A stretch of 64,000 nt of DNA from an uncultured Dehalococcoidia bacterium (GCA_913049785.1 CAJWXP010000006.1:5538-69537), one strand, 5' to 3'. Shown: positions 20,562-30,494, counted from the first letter of the stretch. Notes: generated by a model not told the origin, from the letters alone. Translations and numbers: made by a program.

Positions 20562-20576
20562 ATCTGCAATCTTTGG

Positions 20577-21393
20577 TCAGTCGGATGGTCGCATTCCATC
20601 CGCTGTCCGTGCTTTCGCCACGTCGCAGCACCTGAAGAACTCTGCACCGGTATGGCTTTGCATGTACTTGATTAGACGTTCCAACACCATGATCTTCGCA
20701 AGCCGCCCGGTCACTTGTGGATGCATCGTCAGCGTCAAAGCCCTGCCGTACTGGTAAGCACCGTCAAACTCCCACTCCCAGGCTTTGTAGACATCCTCAG
20801 GGGTGTTCATGGACCCTGCTCCACGACTGAATGCATAGTATGGGACGTCATCCAATGCCCACTCTACAGGTATCTCTACCATCCGTCCGTTGGCCGTGTC
20901 GACAAAGTAGGGAGCATCGTCTCCCATCAGACTCGAGTCATACAGGAAGCCACGCTCCGCCAGCAGGTCCAGGCTGTACGGGCTGAGTTCCCACGACGGC
21001 AAGGTGCCCCAGGGGCCGTTGTCCGGTGATCCGATCCAGGATCTGAAGACCCCTGTCGAGGACTTCGGCTTCCTTCTGAGGTTCCAAGGTGGCTGGGGGC
21101 TCGTGCATGTAGCCGTGATGACCAATCTTGTGCCCTCGGCGAAGTATCTCCACGACGGTCTCTTCGTTTGTTTCTGCGATGAAGCCGGGTATGAAGAACG
21201 TCGCTGGGACCCCATACGTTTCCAGCAAGTCCAGGATGCGGAACACGCCGACGTTAGGGCCGAACTCCCCTCTCGACATTGCTGTAGGGCGGTCAACCGC
21301 ACCCGGATCACGGTTCAATAGACCTGTCACGCCGTCCAGGTCAAATCCGAGTAACACACCACATCGAGTGTCGCCAGGCCAAATACCCGTCAT
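20577..21393 (-). pseudogene. polysaccharide deacetylase (NodB-like) family, single frameshift
   Basis: The N-terminal part lies in ORF 20938-21393 (ATFFIPG..GHKIGHHGYMHE..ITGQRPLG). The C-terminal part lies in ORF 20577-21311 (..LPSWELSPYSLDLLAERGFLYDSS..). The frames swap at the CCCC/GGGG runs at 21003-21016, and the total length of 817 nt is not divisible by 3. Confidence 0.7.
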
Positions 21394-21462
21394 CCCTTAT
21401 CCCCTTTCAGACATTTCTCCGGCGTAGTGCTCTACCAGAGCGTCATCTCTCCCATTACGCCT

Positions 21463-22740
21463 TCAGGATGTAGCTAGAAGCTCAGTCCTCGAGGTCTCGA
21501 AAGGATCCGCGTCATGGGGGAGAACCATTGCACCACCCCGAATGCGGTAGGCTTCACCGTCTTTTGCTCCCCTGGCCTCTGCGCCGTCCATCACTGCCTT
21601 GGCTAAGTCGATCATGAGGCGGCGCCAGTAGATCATGGCGGTGTCCGAAGTACCCAGGTGCTCCTTGCTCCGACCCGTGATAGGACCCATGCTCTCCTGG
21701 ATGGCTGTGTCCTGTGTGCCAACGCCACGGACACCCGTGTAGTTATAGTTTCGCTGCATCTCCCGGTCGATAAGGTAATCATTGTCCGCATTGGCGAAGT
21801 TACGGAAGGTGATTGGGTCAACCACGGCATGGTTTTGATCCCCAGCACGGAAGATCTCCAGCTCCTCTTCGGTGAGGGGCCGGTCCGGATGCCAGGAGAA
21901 GGTAAAGGCCCAGCAGTTTTCGTCGTCAATGGGTACCCACGCATGACCGGTGAGGTAACGCCCTGCAGCGCTCGGGATGATGGTGTATGCCGGCATCATG
22001 ACTTGGGAAAAGCGCCAGTAATAATGGCCTTCTTCAGCGTTCCTGCGGGCACCAATCGCAAATCCGTATGGGGTATCGCGGACAAAAAATTTGGGAGATT
22101 TATCTTGGATCATGTAGATAGGGCGCTGGACCAGGAACCCGTCCTTGCCCGCCTTCATCTCCTGGACGTCCGCGAACACCCGGTGGAGGAACGAAACGTG
22201 GCTGGAGTCCACTCCCCCTTCTACGCCTTGTGCCCAGTTCGTTTCCTGGCGCCGCTTGGTGACGAACCGGTGGTCCTCAGGGACCCGCGCCCACTCAAGC
22301 TGAGGCAGCTCCGGTGTCTGGTCTTGCGGGCCCAGGTATGCCCAAAGCACCCCTCCCCAGTCCTGGGTTGGGTATGATGTGACGTGGACCTTATCCTTGA
22401 AGTTGCTCTCGGCTGGCTCTGAAGGCATGTCCACACAGTTGCCGTCTACATCAAACTTCCAGCCGTGGTAGACACACCGCAGGCCACATTCCTCATTGCG
22501 GCCAAAGAAGAGGCTGGCCCGGCGATGGGGGCAGTAGTTGTCCAATAATCCCACATTGCCGTTAGTGTCACGGAATGCTACGAGGTCTTCGCCCAGGAGC
22601 CGGACCCGCAACGGATCGCAGTCTGGTCCAGGAAGTTCACTGGACATCAAGAAGGGCATCCAGTATCGACGGAATAAGGTACCCATTGGTGTGCCAGGGC
22701 CAATTTTTGTTAAGTATTCATTGTCTTCAATGCTCAGCAT
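21463..22740 (-). CDS. Rieske [2Fe-2S] non-heme-iron oxygenase alpha subunit (phthalate-dioxygenase family)
   Basis: The Rieske motif is CPHRRASLFFG..CVYHGWKF, and the Fe site is NWAQGVEGGVDSSHVSFLH. GGAGGGGG lies upstream of the ATG. Confidence 0.9.
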   Translation of the reverse strand: MLSIEDNEYLTKIGPGTPMGTLFRRYWMPFLMSSELPGPDCDPLRVRLLGEDLVAFRDTNGNVGLLDNYCPHRRASLFFGRNEECGLRCVYHGWKFDVDGNCVDMPSEPAESNFKDKVHVTSYPTQDWGGVLWAYLGPQDQTPELPQLEWARVPEDHRFVTKRRQETNWAQGVEGGVDSSHVSFLHRVFADVQEMKAGKDGFLVQRPIYMIQDKSPKFFVRDTPYGFAIGARRNAEEGHYYWRFSQVMMPAYTIIPSAAGRYLTGHAWVPIDDENCWAFTFSWHPDRPLTEEELEIFRAGDQNHAVVDPITFRNFANADNDYLIDREMQRNYNYTGVRGVGTQDTAIQESMGPITGRSKEHLGTSDTAMIYWRRLMIDLAKAVMDGAEARGAKDGEAYRIRGGAMVLPHDADPFETSRTELLATS

Positions 22741-22856
22741 AGTGCCCCCTCCTGATTTTCTTGATCATACGTACCATTTGAGTATGTCCCGGTGCCACAG
22801 CGCCCACTCCAAGGATGGCTGCGTCTTCATCTCCTGGAGGATTTTGACCCCATAAT

Positions 22857-23315
22857 TTACGACGCACCCTCGCGATGCGTCAGACCAAGTCCCATTGCGT
22901 TTAACCCGACTTCGGCTGCATCAACGTCGCGTATTGGGCCGCCCGGTGCTTTCGCCTGAGTCCCACCACTCACACCAATACCACCAACGACTTTCTTACC
23001 CGAAACTACCGCCAACCCTCCTGCCAGCGTGGTGATCATACGATCATTCCAGTCTAGCTGGCTGCTTTCAACATCTTGCCACCATTGTCTCAAAGCTGTT
23101 GTATCGCGTTCAAAAATCGCCGCCGTGTAGGCCTTTCTAATTGCGCCATCGAGAAACCTAGGGGCGAGTCCGTCCATCCGTAGCGCTGAAATGAGCTCGC
23201 CGGACTTGTCTACGACTGCAACAGCCAGAGGCCGCTCCACTTCCGTCGCTTTCTCTCGAACCGCGGTAATTGCGCTGAGCGCCTCGTCTACTCCTAAGCG
23301 GGTTTCCTCCAACAT
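22857..23315 (-). CDS. GlcG/HbpS-like (DUF336) haem-binding protein
   Basis: 152 aa with the AVAVVDKSGELIS..GGLAV..GGIGVSGG pattern. Confidence 0.75.
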   Translation of the reverse strand: MLEETRLGVDEALSAITAVREKATEVERPLAVAVVDKSGELISALRMDGLAPRFLDGAIRKAYTAAIFERDTTALRQWWQDVESSQLDWNDRMITTLAGGLAVVSGKKVVGGIGVSGGTQAKAPGGPIRDVDAAEVGLNAMGLGLTHREGAS

Positions 23316-23568
23316 GGTTCAAACTCCCCCTCTCCTACGCCTTCAGGATGTCTCGGTGCCGCAGTGTCCGCTCCAGGGACGGCTGCATCTTCATCTCCTG
23401 GAACTCCCCGATGGCGAAGTCCAGGTGCTCCAGGGCTTCGGCCCGCCGTCGGGGTAGCGCTCCCAGAGGATGTCGGCCAACACTTTTGCCAATTTCTTGA
23501 TCCGGTCCTGACATATTACGGTTCCTAACTGAACCAGTACCGGGGATCCACTTTATTGAAAGTCTCTA

Positions 23569-24228
23569 TTAGTCCCCTAGTTGAATAGTGGTAATTGGTT
23601 TGACTAGGGTCTCCAATAGTGGAGAAGCCAATGCCATCACCCTGTTGGTTACTTGCTGACCAAATGAAATTTGAGACGTAAAACCTATAATGATACTTAG
23701 CTTTCCGTCAGGTTGCCTATCGATCATGACCGATGTTGAAGGATCTTCAAATCCGGCAACGCGAACTCCCTGTACCGCAGCGTTTTCAAACCCAACGGTA
23801 CGTGCGATCGGGAACGGCAATGCGATCACGGGGTTGGTCTCATCTATTTCGAAGATAAACGACGCGATGCACTTTGTTTCCTCGTTTAACTCGATCCGCC
23901 TCAGTGCGCCAAGTAATGAATTAATTTCATCCATCCGGTTTAACTTGGAAGCGCTGGCCTCATCATCAGATCCCGATGACCAATTCACGTCCAAGCTTAC
24001 GTGGATGCTACGAAAACCTCGTTGTGGTACCACCTTAGAAATGGATACGTCCATGTTGACGAAATTGTACCCACCGGATGCTTCCATTCGACCAAATAAA
24101 TGGCGGATACTGCGGCGAGAATTGGTACCTAAAGAGGCCAGAAGGTGTTGAACGTTTTCTACAGAAACGTCACTCTGTACGAATACCGTTATTCGTTCAA
24201 CAGGTTTTGCAATTGGTCTTAGCGGCAT
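23569..24228 (-). CDS. hypothetical protein
   Basis: 219-aa ORF in a visibly AT-richer patch. No motif was recognised and the only plus-strand ORFs overlapping it are shorter (153 and 66 aa). Confidence 0.5.
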   Translation of the reverse strand: MPLRPIAKPVERITVFVQSDVSVENVQHLLASLGTNSRRSIRHLFGRMEASGGYNFVNMDVSISKVVPQRGFRSIHVSLDVNWSSGSDDEASASKLNRMDEINSLLGALRRIELNEETKCIASFIFEIDETNPVIALPFPIARTVGFENAAVQGVRVAGFEDPSTSVMIDRQPDGKLSIIIGFTSQISFGQQVTNRVMALASPLLETLVKPITTIQLGD

Positions 24229-24299
24229 TGGATACGCTCCAATTCAGCAACCAAGCAATCCAGCGGACAACGACTTGAGCGGTCGCCTAATCCATCGGC

Positions 24300-25601
24300 T
24301 CAGCGCAACCGCTCACCGCGTTTGGCGCTCTCGCCTGCATCGGCGGCGACTTCCCAAGCGTCATCATCGGGCCCAATAATGATTTCCTCAGAGCGGATCA
24401 TGTGGAAAGGAATGCTTGGGTCTAGAGCAGGAGGCTGATCTCCCTCTAGGAGACCTCTTGCAGCGCTCAGGAGCATCTGGCGAAGTCTGATGATAGCCGC
24501 ATCGGCCGAATACAGGTGCTCATTGGTTCTATCGTAGATGGGCCCCATGCTTTCCGTGACGCAATAATCCTGCTCTCCCCCCGACCAGATGCCGGATATG
24601 AGCTTCGTCTTCTGAGCCTCACGGTCAATCATGTAATCGTTGTCCGCCCGGAGCAGCCTCATACTCGGATCGTTGGGGTCCATAACCATAGCCTGCCGCT
24701 TGCGCTGCTCGCGTTCGGCGGCTGTGAATGGCCGTCCGGGTCTTGCTGAAAAGCTCATCCTGAAGCAATTCTCATCGTCAACCGGCACGTGCATCAGAGG
24801 GCCTCCAGAACCCCGCGGCGCTGCGATGAACGTAACGTAAGGCATGACCTGGCAGTTGATACGAAGGTGCTGATTTCCAGCCTCTGTGGGACGAATGGCG
24901 ATGAGCCGAAACCCATACGACGTATCCTGCACCTCTACGTTCGCATATCGGTAATGCGCTCGTTGATAGATGGACTGGGTAAGATCGGGATACCCCGGCT
25001 GGTCGGGCTCCGTGAGCTCGATTTTGAAGTCATCCAGATACCTATGCAACGTGCCTAGATGGCTCGAGTCGATGTTTCCTTCCAGGCTTTGGACCCAATT
25101 GCAGTAAATGGGAGTGCGCGTAGCTATAACACAGTCCGGATCAACACGATTGAACATGAAATCCGGAGAAGGCGGTTGGTGTTCGGCCGGTCCCATGTAC
25201 GCCCAGACAGCACCTGCGGATTCTATGCAGGGATAGGACGTGGTTCGGACCTTGTCCTTAAAGTTGCTATCAGGAAGGTCGGACGGCATGTCGACACACT
25301 GTCCGTTAACGTCAAATTTCCAGCCATGATAGATGCACATAATTCCACAATCCTGATTGATGCCAAAGAACAACGATGCACCTCGATGGGGACACCGCTC
25401 ATCGAGGAGCCCTACCTTGCCCTCGGAGTCTCGGAAGGCAATTAAGTCCTCGCCTAGGAGTCTAATCCGAAGGGGGGCTCCATCATTTTTCGGCAACTCC
25501 TCAGAGAGCAGGAATGGATGCCAGTAACGTCGCAGCACGTTCCCCATCGGGGTACCGGGGCCGACCCTGCACAAAATCTCATTGTCTTCAGTGGTTAGCA
25601 C
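24300..25601 (-). CDS. Rieske non-heme-iron oxygenase alpha subunit
   Basis: CPHRGASLFFG..CIYHGWKF and NWVQSLEGNIDSSHLGTLH are present. The start is GTG, preceded by GGGGAGG. Confidence 0.9.
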   Translation of the reverse strand: MLTTEDNEILCRVGPGTPMGNVLRRYWHPFLLSEELPKNDGAPLRIRLLGEDLIAFRDSEGKVGLLDERCPHRGASLFFGINQDCGIMCIYHGWKFDVNGQCVDMPSDLPDSNFKDKVRTTSYPCIESAGAVWAYMGPAEHQPPSPDFMFNRVDPDCVIATRTPIYCNWVQSLEGNIDSSHLGTLHRYLDDFKIELTEPDQPGYPDLTQSIYQRAHYRYANVEVQDTSYGFRLIAIRPTEAGNQHLRINCQVMPYVTFIAAPRGSGGPLMHVPVDDENCFRMSFSARPGRPFTAAEREQRKRQAMVMDPNDPSMRLLRADNDYMIDREAQKTKLISGIWSGGEQDYCVTESMGPIYDRTNEHLYSADAAIIRLRQMLLSAARGLLEGDQPPALDPSIPFHMIRSEEIIIGPDDDAWEVAADAGESAKRGERLR

Positions 25602-25621
25602 AATGACCTCCCCTTAAAGCT

Positions 25622-26386
25622 CTATTGTCCGCCATTTACTGAGATGGTCTGTCCAGATACGTAATCGGCGTCTTCCGACGCTAAGAAAGCAATGACCTTT
25701 GCCTGGTCTTCTGGAACGGCAATACGCCTCATTGCTACACGAGCTAGCATAGCCTTCTGTACTTCAGGAGCGCGTTTCGCCCATCGTTGTTCCGCCACTC
25801 GTGCGCTCATCGTCATGCTGGGAGCCACGGCATTGACGTTGATACCGTAGGGGCCAGCCTCTTGAGCCACCCGTGATGTGAATGAGATGATTCCGCCCTT
25901 GGCGGAGGAATAGGCGGCCCCGCTCTGAACCAGACCCGTCGCCGCTATAGAGGACAGATTGATGATCTTGCCCGATCCCCGGTTTTTCATGTGCGGAAGC
26001 ACCGCCTTACAGTAGAGGAAGGTAGCTTTGAGGTTGAAGTCCACCATCCGTTCCCATTCTTCCAGTTGGAACTCCTCAACTGGACGATTGTTGTCAGGGA
26101 CAACAGTGCTGCCACCAACACAGTTCACCAGGATGTCAATATGTCCCCACCGGTCCAACACGGAAGCAACTGTGGCTTCCACCTGGTCAGGATCAAAGGC
26201 ATCGGATACCTGCGGGGCCACTTCGCCAGAAGACTCGGCCAGATCGCTGACCAGCGATTCCAAAGACGTAGCGTCGATATCGACCGCCCCAAGACGGCCT
26301 CCCTCGTTAACGATGATTTCCCCGGTGGCTTTCCCGATGCCGTTTCCAGCGCCGGTGATAATCGCGACCTTCTCTGAAAACCGCAT
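25622..26386 (-). CDS. short-chain dehydrogenase/reductase
   Basis: TGAGNGIG and YSSAKGG (YxxxK) are present. The start is ATG at 26386 after AGGAG. The track ORF extends upstream into the neighbouring gene. Confidence 0.9.
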   Translation of the reverse strand: MRFSEKVAIITGAGNGIGKATGEIIVNEGGRLGAVDIDATSLESLVSDLAESSGEVAPQVSDAFDPDQVEATVASVLDRWGHIDILVNCVGGSTVVPDNNRPVEEFQLEEWERMVDFNLKATFLYCKAVLPHMKNRGSGKIINLSSIAATGLVQSGAAYSSAKGGIISFTSRVAQEAGPYGINVNAVAPSMTMSARVAEQRWAKRAPEVQKAMLARVAMRRIAVPEDQAKVIAFLASEDADYVSGQTISVNGGQ

Positions 26387-26417
26387 GGATGCTCCTAAAT
26401 TGGGGTGGTTGAGGTCG

Positions 26418-27041
26418 TTATCCCCGCACAATAATCTCGTAGCGCTCGCGTGCCGAAGGTCTATTGAGGTCCGTATATAGACTTGCGGCATGGTCCTTTT
26501 GGAACGCTTGGATTTCTTCGTGGCTTTCAGACGCATCGTAGTCGGCTATGTTGCGGTATCCGTTCAAGAGCAGCTGGTTGATTGGATCTCCCATCCAGCG
26601 GAAGAGTTCACTGCAAGCGAAACCGGGAGCGTGCTTCTGACGCAACTTCGCCAGCTCGTCCCGGCTGACCTCAAACGGCTTCACTGCTGGCAGGCGCAGT
26701 GTCCACTCAATGATGGCTACCACTTCCGCTTCATCCTGATCTCCTACAAGTGTCGTGGCGGTGTATCCTTGTACCGGTGCGTCCACGGTGACTAATGAAG
26801 CGATTTTGTTCTTCTCTTGGAACGCCGCTGTTTCCGGGCTCTTGCGGTACGTCTCGGCAGCCTCACGTGTCTCCCAGCGAGTATGGATTTCATACTTCGA
26901 CGGATGCCCTAATGCATGAAAAACAGTCAGCATCACAAACTCGGGTTGTCCCTTATGTCGGTCAGCCAGTTGATGGAAGATGGTTTCAATCTTGGCGTGA
27001 GTACCCGTTCTAGTACTGACCTGTGTCCTTTGCAGATACAT
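26418..27041 (-). CDS. tandem ABM / dimeric alpha-beta-barrel domain protein
   Basis: 207 aa with two halves that each resemble ABM domains (..YEIHTRWETREAAETYRKSPE.. and ..NGYRNIADYDASESHEEIQAF..). The call is weak. Confidence 0.5.
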   Translation of the reverse strand: MYLQRTQVSTRTGTHAKIETIFHQLADRHKGQPEFVMLTVFHALGHPSKYEIHTRWETREAAETYRKSPETAAFQEKNKIASLVTVDAPVQGYTATTLVGDQDEAEVVAIIEWTLRLPAVKPFEVSRDELAKLRQKHAPGFACSELFRWMGDPINQLLLNGYRNIADYDASESHEEIQAFQKDHAASLYTDLNRPSARERYEIIVRG

Positions 27042-27087
27042 GGTTCCCTCCCCTTGATGGTACGCTAATTATCTCAACCGTGCAGCG

Positions 27088-28392
27088 TCATACCCGAGCT
27101 ATAGCGTCTTCTCGACGTTCCTCCAAGAATTTTCCAAAATCCGGCTCTGGGGAAAAGGTGTGGATTGACCGCACACGATAGAGGTCTCCATGCGACGCAG
27201 GATAGGGTTCAATCCCCTCTTGGAGGTCTCTTGCCAACGTCAAGAGCAATCGACGCGCACGTATGATGGCGGCATCTGTGGTGCCGAGATGTTCCTTCGT
27301 CCGGTCGGCCACAGCTCCCATGCCGTCAGTCACCATTTCGTCTTGACTCCGGGCGGTAGCTATCCCGGTGAAGCTGAGAGTCTTCTGCGCCTCTCGGTCT
27401 ATCAAGTAGTCGTTGTCGGCGTTGCGGATATCTCTCCAGGTATCCAACACCGCTCCGTCTAGCATTCGATACTTAACTTGCTCCACCGTCGGGCTTATTC
27501 TCAGCCCGTCGCGCTCGTGTTCAGTTATCGGGTCGTCTCCAGCGCTGAAGTAGTACTGAATGACCGAGGTATGATCATCATCAATGGGGACGTAGGCCCT
27601 TCCACCCTGGGGCCAACCGGGGCGCGGCCCAGCGGTGATGCTGTACACGGGCAACATCCATTGCGTGACGCGCCAGTAATAGTCCTTATCTCCGGTGTTC
27701 CTCCGGGACCCGTAAACAAACCCATAATCTGTGTCCTGTACGGTCAGCATCGGCGCACCGTCTCGTTGGCCGTAGACCTGGGTCTCCGCGCCGCGCCTGT
27801 CCGGGTTTTCGTTGGAGTAGGGGTCGAACCGCTTATGGAGATACGTAGTGTGGGCAGTGTCTATCTCCCCTTCAGTACCTTGCATATAGTTCGCTTCTTG
27901 TATCCATCGGCTGAGTTCTCTATGCGTGTCCGGCACTCGGCACCACTCCATCTGTGGCAACTCTGGTTGGAGACCTTGTGGCCCCATATATAACCAGACG
28001 CACCCGCCGAACTCCTTGGCTGGGTACGCTTTGATCTTTACCTTGTCTTTGAAGTTGCTTTCCGCAGGTTCAGAGGGCATATCTACACAGTTGCCGTCGA
28101 CGTCGAACTTCCAGCCGTGGTATACGCACCTGAGGCCACACTCCTCGTTGCGTCCAAAAAACAGGCTCGCTCTTCGATGTGGACAGGCGGAATCGATAAT
28201 ACCAACTCGGCCGTTAGTGTCCCGGAACGCCACCAGGTCTTCACCGAGTAATCGGAAGCGCAGCGGCGGGCAGTCAGGCTGGGATAGCTCTGTGGATAGC
28301 AGCGCGGGAAGCCAAAATCGACGGAAGACCTCACCCATTGGCGTGCCAGAGCCCACCTGGGTTAAGAGTTCATTATCTGCTTTGCTCAACAT
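27088..28392 (-). CDS. Rieske non-heme-iron oxygenase alpha subunit
   Basis: CPHRRASLFFG..CVYHGWKF and NYMQGTEGEIDTAHTTYLH are present. GAAGGAGG lies upstream of the ATG. Confidence 0.9.
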   Translation of the reverse strand: MLSKADNELLTQVGSGTPMGEVFRRFWLPALLSTELSQPDCPPLRFRLLGEDLVAFRDTNGRVGIIDSACPHRRASLFFGRNEECGLRCVYHGWKFDVDGNCVDMPSEPAESNFKDKVKIKAYPAKEFGGCVWLYMGPQGLQPELPQMEWCRVPDTHRELSRWIQEANYMQGTEGEIDTAHTTYLHKRFDPYSNENPDRRGAETQVYGQRDGAPMLTVQDTDYGFVYGSRRNTGDKDYYWRVTQWMLPVYSITAGPRPGWPQGGRAYVPIDDDHTSVIQYYFSAGDDPITEHERDGLRISPTVEQVKYRMLDGAVLDTWRDIRNADNDYLIDREAQKTLSFTGIATARSQDEMVTDGMGAVADRTKEHLGTTDAAIIRARRLLLTLARDLQEGIEPYPASHGDLYRVRSIHTFSPEPDFGKFLEERREDAIARV

Positions 28393-28646
28393 TTTGAGCC
28401 TCCTTCTCTAATTGTGAGAGAGGAATATCGGCTAGGGCCTAGCATTGAATCGGGTTTGGTCTGCCTTGCGCCTTTGACTGATACTAGATGAATAGTAGAA
28501 CAATTCAATCAAAAGCGCTTTGCAACTTGGTCGCCCACACAATGAGTCCCCCCGTAATCGAGAGGACTCATCGCCTATGTGGAGGGTACCACGCTAGCTA
28601 TGTTAATTGGGCATTCCCACCGATTGCCCGCAGCCAGAAACGATCC

Positions 28647-30494
28647 TTACTGAGCCGCCTTGATGAATTCAAGGTGGGTGTGCGTACTGGTGATAGCACC
28701 CGGATAGATGTAGTCACTGACGAACTTAGGATTGATCACCGTTTCAGGAACCAGCCAGAACAGCGGGACCGTATAATATTTAGTAAAGGAAATCTCGCCC
28801 AACTCATGGAGCCACGCCTCTTGCTTTACGACATCCAGCGATCCCCGGATCTGGAGGAAGAGTTCGTCCATACGCGGGTCCTCCGGGTTGCCTGTCCGTG
28901 GGGTGGAGTGGGTGGCATAGACCCGGATCCCCAGCAGGAGGTGGGAGCTGGTGCCGGTGATGTTTAGCGAGTTGTCGTACTCGAAGTTCCGGCCCCTGGC
29001 CCGCCGTGTAGCATTGTCTTCAACAACGAGTTTGGGCTTCATGCCCACGTCTGAGAGGAACCCGAATACTGCGTCCACAACATCCAGAGACCCGGAGTAG
29101 TGGGTAAGGTTGATGGACGCCAGATCAATCTCGAACGGGTTGTCAGCAGTGTATCCAGCCTCTGCTAGCAGGGCCCGGGCCTTCGCGGGATCGTAGCCGT
29201 AGAACTGCTCGAAGCGGCTTGCCCATCTGGGATCCCAACCTTCGCGGGTGGGGTGGAAGTTGTTCAAGATCATGACCTCGCCCTTGCCGCCGAAAAAGGA
29301 TACATTCAGCAGGTCCCGGTCGATGGCGCGGTTGATGGCCTCCCGGACCCGTACGTCCTGCATGGGGGCGTCTGGGTACTTATACGCTGCGTCAAACTCA
29401 GGAAGTGTGCTTCGGGTGGAAGAGGTGGCAGGCAGGCGGATGCAGCATCGGAGGGCCATGAAAGTCCGTAGACCTGGGACATTGCCCTTTGCAATCTTCA
29501 TGCCAGCATCAAGCATCTGACTGAGGTTGTCCTCTGGTATGGGAGCCAGGTGGATCTCTCCCGCCAACACGCCGGCGACCCTGGTAGATGCCTCAGGTAT
29601 CCAGCGAATCTCCAGCTCCTGGAAGTCCGGTGTCATGCGCCAGTGCTCGTAAGGCGTTCGCTCGTAGCGGAAGAACGATCCAGTTGTATGGTCTAAGAAC
29701 TGGTAGGGGCCTGTGCCTGCATTAGGCTGTTGTGTTAAATTCGGCACTCCCGTCGCTTCCCGATGGTCCTTGCTCTGGATCAGGAGGCTCTGAGACAACT
29801 CACTGGTGAGGATGAACAGGTCCGCTGCTGGTGACGGCGCGCGGAAGATCACCTCATAATCGTTGACGACCTCTACTGTAGTAACGAGCCTCCGCATGCT
29901 CGCTGAGTTCCCATGCCCTGAATCTTCAGCAGCTATTTGCTGCCAACTATGTAACACGTCTTTCCCTGTGAACTCACCCCAGCCGCTATGGAATTGAATG
30001 CCTTCACGAAGCTTGAAGCGCCAGGACTTGCCGTCCGCGTCAACGCTCCAACTCTCCGCCAACTGGGGTATCAGGGCTCCGGTCACCGGATCCATTCCCA
30101 CAAGGTACTCATACATCGGCGTCAGAGGTTGGGCGTCAACGGGGCCGTTCTTTCCCGGTGTGAAGTTTTCTACTTGCGGTGCAACCTTGGCAAAGATGAC
30201 CCGCTGGATTTTCGCTTCCACGGGTGCGGCCATAGCGCCACCAGATGCCGCGATGGGTGCAGTTGCAGCTGCCGGAGTTCCCACTGCGATAATTGCCGCA
30301 GGTGCGGCGGTTGGCGCAGCAGCGGCTGCGGCCGCAGCAGCGGCTGCGGCTGGGGCCGCAGGCTCAGCGGTGGTGCCAGACGTGTTTGTGGTCGTCGTGT
30401 CATCATCACCACTGGAACAGGCTGCTGTTATTGCTAAAACAAGAATGAGAATCAGGAACAAACCAAATCTAGATGCGTATCGCGAACTGGTCAT
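28647..30494 (-). CDS. ABC transporter substrate-binding lipoprotein, family 5 (peptide/nickel/opine type)
   Basis: The signal peptide and lipobox read LVLAITAAC, followed by a Thr- then Ala/Pro-rich linker that includes a 12-Ala run. The body is SBP_bac_5-like. ATG at 30494 follows GGGGAGGG. Confidence 0.85.
   Translation of the reverse strand: MTSSRYASRFGLFLILILVLAITAACSSGDDDTTTTNTSGTTAEPAAPAAAAAAAAAAAAPTAAPAAIIAVGTPAAATAPIAASGGAMAAPVEAKIQRVIFAKVAPQVENFTPGKNGPVDAQPLTPMYEYLVGMDPVTGALIPQLAESWSVDADGKSWRFKLREGIQFHSGWGEFTGKDVLHSWQQIAAEDSGHGNSASMRRLVTTVEVVNDYEVIFRAPSPAADLFILTSELSQSLLIQSKDHREATGVPNLTQQPNAGTGPYQFLDHTTGSFFRYERTPYEHWRMTPDFQELEIRWIPEASTRVAGVLAGEIHLAPIPEDNLSQMLDAGMKIAKGNVPGLRTFMALRCCIRLPATSSTRSTLPEFDAAYKYPDAPMQDVRVREAINRAIDRDLLNVSFFGGKGEVMILNNFHPTREGWDPRWASRFEQFYGYDPAKARALLAEAGYTADNPFEIDLASINLTHYSGSLDVVDAVFGFLSDVGMKPKLVVEDNATRRARGRNFEYDNSLNITGTSSHLLLGIRVYATHSTPRTGNPEDPRMDELFLQIRGSLDVVKQEAWLHELGEISFTKYYTVPLFWLVPETVINPKFVSDYIYPGAITSTHTHLEFIKAAQ

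Noticed and set aside
30300-30370. GCNGCN-rich tandem-repeat-like DNA
   Set aside because: It lies in frame inside the SBP gene and encodes the poly-Ala/Pro tether after the lipobox. It is not a CRISPR array or a satellite.
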